A DNA stretch of 32,000 bases from Candidatus Methanoperedens sp. (GTDB taxonomy: Archaea; Halobacteriota; Methanosarcinia; Methanosarcinales; Methanoperedenaceae). The stretch is from positions 43,875 through 75,874 of the forward strand of contig JAPZAR010000012.1 in assembly GCA_027460535.1 (NCBI GenBank). Reading direction: 5' to 3'. The translations under genes and the position numbers were made by a program. The notes under the pieces are model-generated. The model saw only the letters and a list, made by a program, of their open reading frames with translations. It did not search any database and was not told where the DNA came from. Below are positions 8,287 through 15,999 of this stretch, piece by piece; the stretch's first letter is position 1, and each line of letters starts with the position of its first letter.

Positions 8287-9300
8287 ATGGCGCTTCGAAA
8301 ATTAATTTCAATAACTTCGCTGGCAATTTTGGCTATTGTAATAATCGCCGGAAGTGTTGGGTTTCAGATGGTGAGATCCCAGCCTGTGTTTTGTAACTCC
8401 TGCCATGAAATGAATTTTTACTACAAATCATGGCAATCTTCAACGCACGGCCCGAAGGCAGTGTGTCTTGATTGCCATTCAGAGCATGGTCTGCAAGGCT
8501 TTATTGGAGAGAATGTGCGGGGAGCAGAACAGCTCGCTGCACATTTTTCAGGCATTTATAATGTGCCTATCAAAATCGTCAAGCGGGTAAAAAACGAGCA
8601 ATGCCTTGCATGCCACCCTGAAACCCGCAATCTTACTGATAAGACCATTGAGGCAAAACATTCCTTGCACATGGACAAATCTGTATTATGCGCCGATTGC
8701 CACAACCGACTTGTCCATAACCAGTCAGGTCAGCCACGTGTTATGGCACTGGCTCAATGCGACTTATGCCATAAAGTTCACGCCAATTTCAAACTTCTCG
8801 GCGTGCATGCAACATTGAACTGCGAAAAATGTCACCCGGGTGATAAATACAGAGGTATAAACCCCAATTGTGAATCCTGCCACAAAGTGCCCGTCAATCA
8901 TATCGCCGGGATTGTGGGAAACTGCGATAAATGCCACTCTACGGCAGGCTGGAAACCTGCAACGTTTGACCACTCAAAATTCCTATTGACAGGAAAACAC
9001 CAGTCTCTCACATGTGATCAGTGTCACCATGGAACCTATACCGGGACTGCAACGATGTGTGTAAGTTGCCATGAGCCGCCTTCGAGCCACGCTGGTATGG
9101 ATACTGACTGCGCTCAATGCCATTCCCCGGATGGTTTTACGCCGGCTAACTTTGTGCATAACAGAGTTGGTGAACATATTGGTGGACGTGTTGAAAGACC
9201 GCTTTCATGCGTAACCTGTCATCCTGTTCGATTTATGGAGACTACATGCACTGGAAGCCGATGTCATTCGTCAAATAATGCAAGAGGTGGTGATGATTGA
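8287..9300 (+). CDS. Membrane-anchored multiheme c-type cytochrome: NapC/NirT-like tetraheme N-terminal module plus 8-9 further heme sites
   Basis: One N-terminal TM helix (LISITSLAILAIVIIAGSVGF). Twelve CXXCH motifs: CNSCH, CLDCH, CLACH, CADCH, CDLCH, CEKCH, CESCH, CDKCH, CDQCH, CVSCH, CAQCH, CVTCH. One additional CTGSRCH (CX4CH) sits near the C-terminus. Confidence 0.9.
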   Translation: MALRKLISITSLAILAIVIIAGSVGFQMVRSQPVFCNSCHEMNFYYKSWQSSTHGPKAVCLDCHSEHGLQGFIGENVRGAEQLAAHFSGIYNVPIKIVKRVKNEQCLACHPETRNLTDKTIEAKHSLHMDKSVLCADCHNRLVHNQSGQPRVMALAQCDLCHKVHANFKLLGVHATLNCEKCHPGDKYRGINPNCESCHKVPVNHIAGIVGNCDKCHSTAGWKPATFDHSKFLLTGKHQSLTCDQCHHGTYTGTATMCVSCHEPPSSHAGMDTDCAQCHSPDGFTPANFVHNRVGEHIGGRVERPLSCVTCHPVRFMETTCTGSRCHSSNNARGGDD

Positions 9301-9644
9301 ATCGGATCGGTTTCAATCAGAAATTCTAGGTTATTATTCTCACCTGGTTTTTGAAATGTGATATCTATGGTTTCTATCAGTATATCCGGCATGAAAAATC
9401 GTGTTGCAGTCAACGACCTCGGATTGAAATCCGAAAGGTATCGGGAGGATGCTCATGGTTTTGGGTTTTTTCCAAAGGTTCGCTGATTTTAGTATTTCAA
9501 TCCAGGCGCAGGGATACCAAGGCTGTAGGCATTTGGGTGAGGACCGAGCCCCTAATCCTATAACCATTGTTAACACCCCAATGACTGAAAGGAGGGGAAC
9601 GCAGCGGGTCAAGTATTTTAAAGAAATCTGAAGAAGTTTTTATA

Positions 9645-10163
9645 TCAGGCATGTCTTACATAATGCAATTGAACCAAACCAGAATCGTAGGATTTTACAT
9701 TTAATAATTCTAAATTACTTTCAGGATTTCTCCCCTGAAACAATGATATACCTTTACCAAGTAATTTAGGAATTATCGTGATTATATATTCGTCTATTAA
9801 ATCCGCACTCAAAAACTGATTAGCCAAAGCTGCACCTCCAACTAACCAAATATTCTTGTTGTACCCTAATTTCAAATTATTAAGTACTTCTTTCACATCG
9901 CCACTAACAAAATGTATGTTATCTGCCTTCTGTTTTGGTTCTTTCCTAGTGAATACATAAGCTTCTTTGCCTTTATATGCGTCTTCAATTTGTCTATAAG
10001 TTGTACCCCCAACTAGCACAGTCCCTATTCTATTATACAGCTCCTTAAAACCATAATCTTCTCCACTATTTTCGTATCTTGTTAGCCAATCAAGACTTCC
10101 GTCTTCTTTTGCAATAAATCCATCAAGGCTTATTGCGATGTAAAGAATTATTTTATTATTCAT
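9645..10163 (-). CDS. Dihydrofolate-reductase-like / RibD C-terminal domain family protein
   Basis: The 172-aa protein contains IILYIAISLDGFIAKEDGSLDWL, TVLVGGTTY, IWLVGGAALANQF and IDEYIITIIPKLLGKGISLF, typical of the bifunctional deaminase-reductase C-terminal domain family. It is visibly more AT-rich than its neighbours. Confidence 0.75.
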   Translation of the reverse strand: MNNKIILYIAISLDGFIAKEDGSLDWLTRYENSGEDYGFKELYNRIGTVLVGGTTYRQIEDAYKGKEAYVFTRKEPKQKADNIHFVSGDVKEVLNNLKLGYNKNIWLVGGAALANQFLSADLIDEYIITIIPKLLGKGISLFQGRNPESNLELLNVKSYDSGLVQLHYVRHA

Positions 10164-10233
10164 ATGATTGGTAGTTAATGTAAACCGTTAAAAAATTTTG
10201 GGTTCAGTGCCTGAAAGTTGCGTATGGCATCGA

Positions 10234-10285
10234 ATATCCGAACTTTGTTCATATATCCTCCCAATTCGGCGATATATCCGAACTT
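10234..10285. repeat. Perfect 12-bp direct repeat ATATCCGAACTT (x2, 40-bp period) in a 467-bp non-coding spacer
   Basis: ATATCCGAACTT occurs at 10234-10245 and 10274-10285. Both copies continue as nnTTC. Confidence 0.5.
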
Positions 10286-10630
10286 GATTCGTATAAATTT
10301 CCTTTGCATGAACGTCGATTCCCTTAATTATACCCCGCATTATGTTTATCCAAAGGGATTTCTACTCGCTTAAATCTTTATTACTTGCATATTGTATAAG
10401 AGTTCCTCAGTCTAGTGAACGTAAGCCTTAATTGTTTTTGTATTTTCTTAAATGAGCGCCTTATTTTTATGGTTTGAAAAAGGTTATTCTGGATTCCTAT
10501 TGCCTTATACGTGCATGAAACCCTATCGCTTCAGTCACAAACCCCGCTGTTTATAGCGTTTTTATGACCAGATTATCATGACCAATTTGGATACAAAATA
10601 TCCTGGCAATTTCACATTCATACTCTTTCC

Positions 10631-11233
10631 TTACTTCACCACGCCTTCTCCTGCCCTTACTATCCTGTCGACCAACCCGTATTCCACAGCCTCCTCTGCT
10701 GTCAGGAAGAAATCGCGGTCGGTATCCTTCTCGATTATCTCCATGGGCTGCCCGGTGTGATACACCAGTATCTCATCCAGGTGCTTCTTGAGCCTGTTCA
10801 TCTCCTTTGCCTGGATTGTTATGTCAGATGCCTGTCCCTGCGCGCCTCCGAGGGGCTGGTGTATCATCATCCGCGCATTGGGGAAAGCCAGCCTTTTACC
10901 CTTTGAACCCCCCGCCAGTAATACCGCGGCCATAGATGCTGCCTGCCCAATACATATGGTCTCGATGTTGCACTTGATGCACTGCATGGTATCGTAGATG
11001 GCAAGCCCTGCAGTTATGACCCCTCCGGGGCTGTTTATATAGAACTGGATATCACCTTCGAACTCTTTTGCCTCCAGATAAAGAAGCTGTGCTATGATTA
11101 TCTCTGCCGCATCGTCATCGATTTCGCCGTTCAAGAATATTATTTGTTTATCCAGCAACCGGGAAAAAATATCCATCTGGCGTTGACCTTCCGGGGTTTG
11201 CTCGGATATGTAAAGCACGTTTGGATTTGCCAT
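10631..11233 (-). CDS. clpP: ATP-dependent Clp protease proteolytic subunit
   Basis: The sequence aligns by eye along its whole length with bacterial ClpP ([34 protein letters not shown]). The Ser-His-Asp triad contexts are [20 protein letters not shown] and [10 protein letters not shown] strong GGAGGA SD lies 7 nt upstream of the ATG. Confidence 0.92.
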   Translation of the reverse strand: MANPNVLYISEQTPEGQRQMDIFSRLLDKQIIFLNGEIDDDAAEIIIAQLLYLEAKEFEGDIQFYINSPGGVITAGLAIYDTMQCIKCNIETICIGQAASMAAVLLAGGSKGKRLAFPNARMMIHQPLGGAQGQASDITIQAKEMNRLKKHLDEILVYHTGQPMEIIEKDTDRDFFLTAEEAVEYGLVDRIVRAGEGVVK

Positions 11234-11652
11234 TATTTTATCCTCCTTTTATTTCTTATTAAATCTGTCAAATGTGAATTCCATCCCGGAATGTGAACCA
11301 CTCCGTTCCTCTTCATGAAGGATATCATAATATTTGTATTATATCGCATGGTGATAAAATTATTGCTCTAAAATCTTTTCTGTGGTCCTAATATTTATCT
11401 GAAACCAAGAGGAACAAAAATAGCTTTGAAAGAAATTTCTGCAACTTATTTAAATCAGAGAGGATTTTATTTACTGGAAATTTTGCCTGATTTTGGGTAT
11501 GCTAACCCCTACTAAGCATCGTCATTTGCCATAAATAGCTGCATGCGCTCATCTTTACTATTTCTCCAGGATCGACCTTTATGATTTCTTCAAACCTGTG
11601 AATGCGATCATCAACATAAATATTTAATATTGCACAGCTAATCTACTTCCTT

Positions 11653-12393
11653 ATGACAGCTCATCCGAGCGGCAGGAAATTGGGAGTCCATTTGATCCCG
11701 GCTCCCGAATTGGAAAAAAGTGAAGGAATAAAAGTTCTGGGCATATCAGGTTCTGCCAGGCAAGAAAGCGGGATAAGTAAATCCGAGAGGATCTTATTGC
11801 AGGCCCTTGACATGGCAAAAATGTATGGGGCAACTACCAATTTCATAAGGCTGCAGGAACTGAAGATATACGATTGTGAAGGTAATTATTCACAGGACCC
11901 AAATTACTGCACATATCCATGCCAGGATTCCATGAAATATAAAGACGACCAGATGCAAATCGTCTATGATGCTGTACTGGATACGGACGTAATGATCCTT
12001 GCCACCCCCATCCGATGGAACAATCACTCCGCTTTGATACAGAAATTCGTTGAAAGAATGAATTGTATCGAAAACTCCGATGTGTGGTTCGGACAAAAAT
12101 TAATTCGTAATAAAGTGGCTGGATTAATAGTTATCGGCCATGTGGATGGTGTCCAGCATGTTGCGGGAAACCTCATGAATTTTCTTAACTGGTTGGGATT
12201 CCATATGCCTCAGGATATGATCGCTTCCTGGGTTGGCCCTAATGATGAAGATACCACAAAAGATTGGGATGAGATCCAGAAAAATCCCTATACCCAGGAA
12301 GATCTGGAAAATATGGTCCACAGCGTTCTCAAACTTGCATATGAAATAAAGAACAGTGATGCATATAAAATTGGGGATAGTGAAGAAACCTGA
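11653..12393 (+). CDS. Flavodoxin-like fold NAD(P)H-dependent FMN reductase family protein
   Basis: KVLGISGSARQES (the phosphate-binding loop of the NADPH-dependent FMN reductase family), DVMILATPIRWNNHSALIQKFVERM, and AGLIVIGHVDG. The start is uncertain: an in-frame TTG at 11710 would give MEKSEGIKVLGISGS. Confidence 0.62.
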   Translation: MTAHPSGRKLGVHLIPAPELEKSEGIKVLGISGSARQESGISKSERILLQALDMAKMYGATTNFIRLQELKIYDCEGNYSQDPNYCTYPCQDSMKYKDDQMQIVYDAVLDTDVMILATPIRWNNHSALIQKFVERMNCIENSDVWFGQKLIRNKVAGLIVIGHVDGVQHVAGNLMNFLNWLGFHMPQDMIASWVGPNDEDTTKDWDEIQKNPYTQEDLENMVHSVLKLAYEIKNSDAYKIGDSEET

Positions 12394-12420
12394 TTTTATC
12401 TGAAATTTGAGAATTCCATG

Positions 12421-13644
12421 CTAACCTTCTTTAGCTAGAATCCTATCATCTATGTCTTCCAGAGTGTTGCATGATGTCATTGTCATTGCGATTCTTAGAT
12501 CAGTCTTAAGATATTCCAGGAACGTCTTCACACCATCTGCTCCGTATGGAACCGCCTCTCTGGCCAGCGGCCTTCCCACCAGGACAAAATCAGCGCCGAG
12601 CGCCAGCATTTTCATTACATCAAATCCGGTCCTCACACCACCATCCGCCGTTATCAAAACTTTTCTGCCTTCATGGGTTTCCCTAATAGCTTTCACAATT
12701 CGGGGAAGAACTTCTGCCACCCCCGGGGTCGAGCCCAGGACCCTTCCTCCATGGTTTGAAACGCTTATCACATCCACTCCCGCCTCAAGGGCTGCCAGAG
12801 CATCCTCCTCACACATGATCCCTTTAACAATGAAAGGAAGTCTGGTTGATCTCTTAAGTTCTCTGAGCTCCTCGATCGTTTTCCTGAAAACAGGCTTACC
12901 TGCCAGGGTGAAATTCACCGAACCCGCACCATCTATATCAACGCCGACTGCCAGGCCATTTGCTTTCCCGGACTGCTGTATCAGGTCCAGGAGAACTTCC
13001 TGGGCCTGCGGCTTGAAAATATTTACTCCATGGCCTCCCGCCTTTTTTATGGCAGCTATTCCGGGATGTACCTCGTATTCTTTGGAGGTATTGCCTGTGA
13101 ACCCGATGGTTCCTGCAAGCCTGCACCCTTCCAGTATACTGTATGCGAAATCTTCTTCGGAAATATTGCTCACGTAACTTAGACCGCTCATGGGAGCCCC
13201 CAGCATAGGCATGCTGATCTTTTCTCCAAGAAAGGTTGTTTCAAGGACAGGGTCTTTATGTTCAGTTATCAGCCTTGTTTTCAGTTTGTATTTTGAGAGG
13301 GCTTTAATGTTGTTCAGGTAGCTCAGACCCTGACCAATACCGCGCAGGCCCAGGGGGACTCCATACTCCTGCCTCAATTCCGGCGGCGTTTCAGGGTTGT
13401 CGACGCCAATTAAAATACTTCTCTTTGCTTCCTTCCTCTGCTCATAAGCCCCGGCCTTTTGGAGATATTCCTCCTCTGAAATGCGGACAAGTTTTTCTCT
13501 GGCCGCCCCACAAACAGGGCACCTCCAGGAATCCGGAAAGTCCGGAACTTTTGTTTTCGGACTTATTCCTGTAGACGGGTCGCCTTTATCTTCATCATAA
13601 ACATAGATATTGCAGGTCGTGCAGAGCCATTTGGCCATAATCAA
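12421..13644 (-). CDS. Rubredoxin-domain fusion to an FMN-dependent alpha-hydroxyacid dehydrogenase/oxidase TIM barrel
   Basis: N-terminal rubredoxin: WLCTTCNIYVYDEDKGDP...FPDSWRCPVCGAAREKL (CxxC...CxxC). FMN_dh hallmarks: ISMPMLGAPMSG, FIVKGIMCEEDA, VSNHGGRVLGSTPG (catalytic His/Arg), ADGGVRTGFDVMKMLALGADFVLVGRP. Confidence 0.82.
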   Translation of the reverse strand: MIMAKWLCTTCNIYVYDEDKGDPSTGISPKTKVPDFPDSWRCPVCGAAREKLVRISEEEYLQKAGAYEQRKEAKRSILIGVDNPETPPELRQEYGVPLGLRGIGQGLSYLNNIKALSKYKLKTRLITEHKDPVLETTFLGEKISMPMLGAPMSGLSYVSNISEEDFAYSILEGCRLAGTIGFTGNTSKEYEVHPGIAAIKKAGGHGVNIFKPQAQEVLLDLIQQSGKANGLAVGVDIDGAGSVNFTLAGKPVFRKTIEELRELKRSTRLPFIVKGIMCEEDALAALEAGVDVISVSNHGGRVLGSTPGVAEVLPRIVKAIRETHEGRKVLITADGGVRTGFDVMKMLALGADFVLVGRPLAREAVPYGADGVKTFLEYLKTDLRIAMTMTSCNTLEDIDDRILAKEG

Positions 13645-13715
13645 TCAGGCCTCCCCTGATCAAGCGTTTAACTTTTTCTATCTCTGTCCTTTGAAAACAT
13701 CACTATGAAATCGAA

Positions 13716-13776
13716 CACTGATGGCACGGACGGATTTACACTGATTTTCCATTATCCGTAATCCGTGTAATCCGTG
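13716..13776. promoter_or_regulatory. Cluster of short direct, tandem and inverted repeats between the DUF2769-like gene and the rubredoxin-FMN dehydrogenase gene
   Basis: CACTGAT occurs at 13716 and 13739. TAATCCGTG is in perfect tandem at 13759-13767 and 13768-13776, preceded by TTATCCGT. The inverted partner CACGGACGGATT lies at 13725-13736. Confidence 0.35.
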
Positions 13777-13818
13777 TTCCATCATAGATTCCTCTTACTC
13801 GATAATATATGGATTCTC

Positions 13819-14118
13819 TTACGTGCCGGCCTGCTCTTTACCAGTACCCTTGAGGCAGTAGTAATCCCATCTGAGAGCCAAATTCTTCTGCACAGGACAG
13901 CCGGGACAGATACAACCTTTTTCCTTTTTTATTATCGTGCTTTTCCCCGTCGCGCAGAATAATAATTTCTTTTCTCCCGTGCCAGCATACGTTGGGCATC
14001 TGCCGCAGATGCACATCTTCGTAAGTTCTTTGACTTTTGCATCCATCTCCTTGGGAGACATCTTATTCATTGCTTCCATATTCTGCTCAAAAGTCATTTT
14101 CTGAGTTTCTTTTACCAT
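13819..14118 (-). CDS. Small Cys-rich protein, DUF2769-like
   Basis: The 99-aa protein has paired CICGRCPTY and CICPGCPV motifs plus FCATGKS and YYCLKG, matching my recollection of the DUF2769 pattern. The family assignment is from memory and was not searched. Confidence 0.6.
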   Translation of the reverse strand: MVKETQKMTFEQNMEAMNKMSPKEMDAKVKELTKMCICGRCPTYAGTGEKKLLFCATGKSTIIKKEKGCICPGCPVQKNLALRWDYYCLKGTGKEQAGT

Positions 14119-14300
14119 AATACTTCACCCCTATTACATTAGTATAGACCTGCCCCTTTATAAATCTATATTCGGCCATGCTCATGTACTCGATTAAATA
14201 ATTTATCGTTTGCACTTTTTTTCCGCCACAGAATCTGCATAATGTTTATGCTAACGTATACATCAAAATGATGCACTTGGGTAGGCAAAGGAAATTAAAG

Positions 14301-14891
14301 ATGATACAAAAACAACGATGTTCATGGCCGAATGATAATCCATTGATGATAGGATACCATGATAAAGAATGGGGTGTGCCGGTGCATAATGATATAAGAT
14401 TGTTTGAGTTTCTTATTTTAGAGGGAGCGCAGGCAGGGCTAACATGGGAGACTATTTTACGGAAGCGAGAGAATTATCGTAAAGCTTTTTCTGACTTTGA
14501 TCCAGCTAAGATATCACGCTATACAGAAGTAGACGAGGAACGTTTGCTGGCTGATCCGGGTATTGTCCGTAATCGTCTGAAGGTTCGAGCCGCAATCATA
14601 AACGCTGCAAAATTTCTTGAGATTCAAAAAGAGTTTGGCAGCTTTGATAAATACATTTGGCAATTTGTTGGCGGCAAATCAATGATGAATGAATTCAGAT
14701 CTTTATCAGATATTCCGCCGAAAACCAAAGAATCTGATGCAATGAGTAAAGACCTAAAAGAACGTGGATTCAAATTTATAGGCTCTACGATTTGTTATGC
14801 TTTCATGCAGGCGGTAGGAATGGTGAATGATCACACAACCGACTGTTTTCGATATACTGAAGTATCAACCGCAAAAAAGGTAAAGCTATGA
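14301..14891 (+). CDS. tag: DNA-3-methyladenine glycosylase I
   Basis: RCSWPNDNPLMIGYHDKEWGVPVHNDIRLFEFLILEGAQAGLTWETILRKRENYRKAF is near-collinear with E. coli Tag. C-terminal zinc ligands are present (HxxDC). I prefer the ATG at 14301 (MIQKQRC) over the track start at 14268. Confidence 0.88.
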   Translation: MIQKQRCSWPNDNPLMIGYHDKEWGVPVHNDIRLFEFLILEGAQAGLTWETILRKRENYRKAFSDFDPAKISRYTEVDEERLLADPGIVRNRLKVRAAIINAAKFLEIQKEFGSFDKYIWQFVGGKSMMNEFRSLSDIPPKTKESDAMSKDLKERGFKFIGSTICYAFMQAVGMVNDHTTDCFRYTEVSTAKKVKL

Positions 14892-15019
14892 AAACTCCCA
14901 TATTCAAAACACTTCTTGCAGGTCTGCTGCTCAATGGTTCTATGGCAGTCGGTATGAAAAAATCGTAATGTTTGAACTAATTCTGTCCCACAGCCTTCGG
15001 CCATGCAAAACATTTAACC

Positions 15020-15988
15020 ATGAAAAGTGTATTACGCACCGGAATGAAAAAGATAAGGATTTTCCTACAGGTAATTGTGGGCATTGCCATTATTGCTTTC
15101 ATCCTGTATAAAATCGGGATAAACGATGTAATCTCGGCATTAAAGAAAACCGATCCTCTATATTTCATTATGGCCTGCTTGTCCTATTTATGTCTGGACC
15201 TGGTCCTTGCCACCCGCCTACGCTATCTGCTGGCCAGGATAGGACATCCGGTAAGATTTGTGAGTGTGTTCCTTTCACATATGGGAGGAATGATAGTTGG
15301 GGACATCACTCCCGGGCGCGGGGGATATTTTTTGACGCCGGCTCTCCTGAAAAAAAGCGCCGGGACGAGGATAACCGACGGCATGGCCTGCATTTTTGCG
15401 CCGCAGGGGCTTGAGTTCATTTTAAAAGTGGGTGGAGCTGTGGTAGCTATATCATATATATCCACGCTTTCAGGTATAAGCGGGCTATTGTTAATTTCAG
15501 CTTGGGTTGGGGTTATAATTCTATTATTTGTTGGGGTTTTAATGTTAATTATTTCCTGGCATAATGAAAATATGTCTTTGAAATTTATTAGTAAACTCCC
15601 GTTCTTTAACAGGTTCACAGAAAAATTATCCACTTTCAAAGAAAGAAGTATCCAGATAAAGGAGAGTATTAATGCTATTTTAATATTGTATATGATTGGA
15701 TGGATTTTTGCAGGATTGCAGTGGTTTTATCTGGGAAAAGCCCTTGGAATTGAACTTCCATTTTATGTTTTCTTCTTGCTTCATCCGTTAATAACCATAT
15801 TGATGTTCGCACCTACACCCGCAGGTCTTGGGGTAATGGAATTAGGCGCAATTGGTATATTTTCATTATTCGGGATTTCCAGTGAGTTAGCAGCAGCTTT
15901 CTCAATTTTAGTGAGGGTAAGTATATTATTAGTTGATTTGATAGGTCTAAAAATGGTAATGTCTTCTCTTCGTGATTTAGAACTATAA
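15020..15988 (+). CDS. Polytopic membrane protein, UPF0104 / lysylphosphatidylglycerol-synthase-TM (flippase-like) family
   Basis: About 8 predicted TM helices. The N-terminus (KKIRIFLQVIVGIAIIAFILYKIGINDVISALKK) and the internal GDITPGRGGYF and PTPAGLGVMELG motifs are typical of the family. An alternative start is the ATG at 15044. Confidence 0.7.
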   Translation: MKSVLRTGMKKIRIFLQVIVGIAIIAFILYKIGINDVISALKKTDPLYFIMACLSYLCLDLVLATRLRYLLARIGHPVRFVSVFLSHMGGMIVGDITPGRGGYFLTPALLKKSAGTRITDGMACIFAPQGLEFILKVGGAVVAISYISTLSGISGLLLISAWVGVIILLFVGVLMLIISWHNENMSLKFISKLPFFNRFTEKLSTFKERSIQIKESINAILILYMIGWIFAGLQWFYLGKALGIELPFYVFFLLHPLITILMFAPTPAGLGVMELGAIGIFSLFGISSELAAAFSILVRVSILLVDLIGLKMVMSSLRDLEL

Positions 15989-15999
15989 CACTTACGCAA

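Noticed and set aside
9301-9644. CRISPR array, suggested by TTTCAATCC/ATTGAAA-type motifs; also the 60-90-aa track ORFs in this spacer
   Set aside because: Only isolated 8-10-bp motifs in mixed orientation are present, with no regularly spaced full-length repeats and no cas genes. The ORFs have implausible composition. The region is kept only as a low-confidence ncRNA or relic candidate.
10611-11297. The 9-bp inverted repeat TTCACATTC/GAATGTGAA bracketing clpP, considered as terminal inverted repeats of a mobile element
   Set aside because: Nine base pairs is too short to exclude chance, roughly a 0.1 expectation for windows of this size. There is no transposase and no target-site duplication. 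It is mentioned only as supporting colour for the ClpP finding.
12452-13177. 241-aa plus-strand ORF
   Set aside because: It lies entirely antisense to the rubredoxin-FMN dehydrogenase gene. Its composition is Ser/Pro/Thr/Ala-rich and no domain signature is present.
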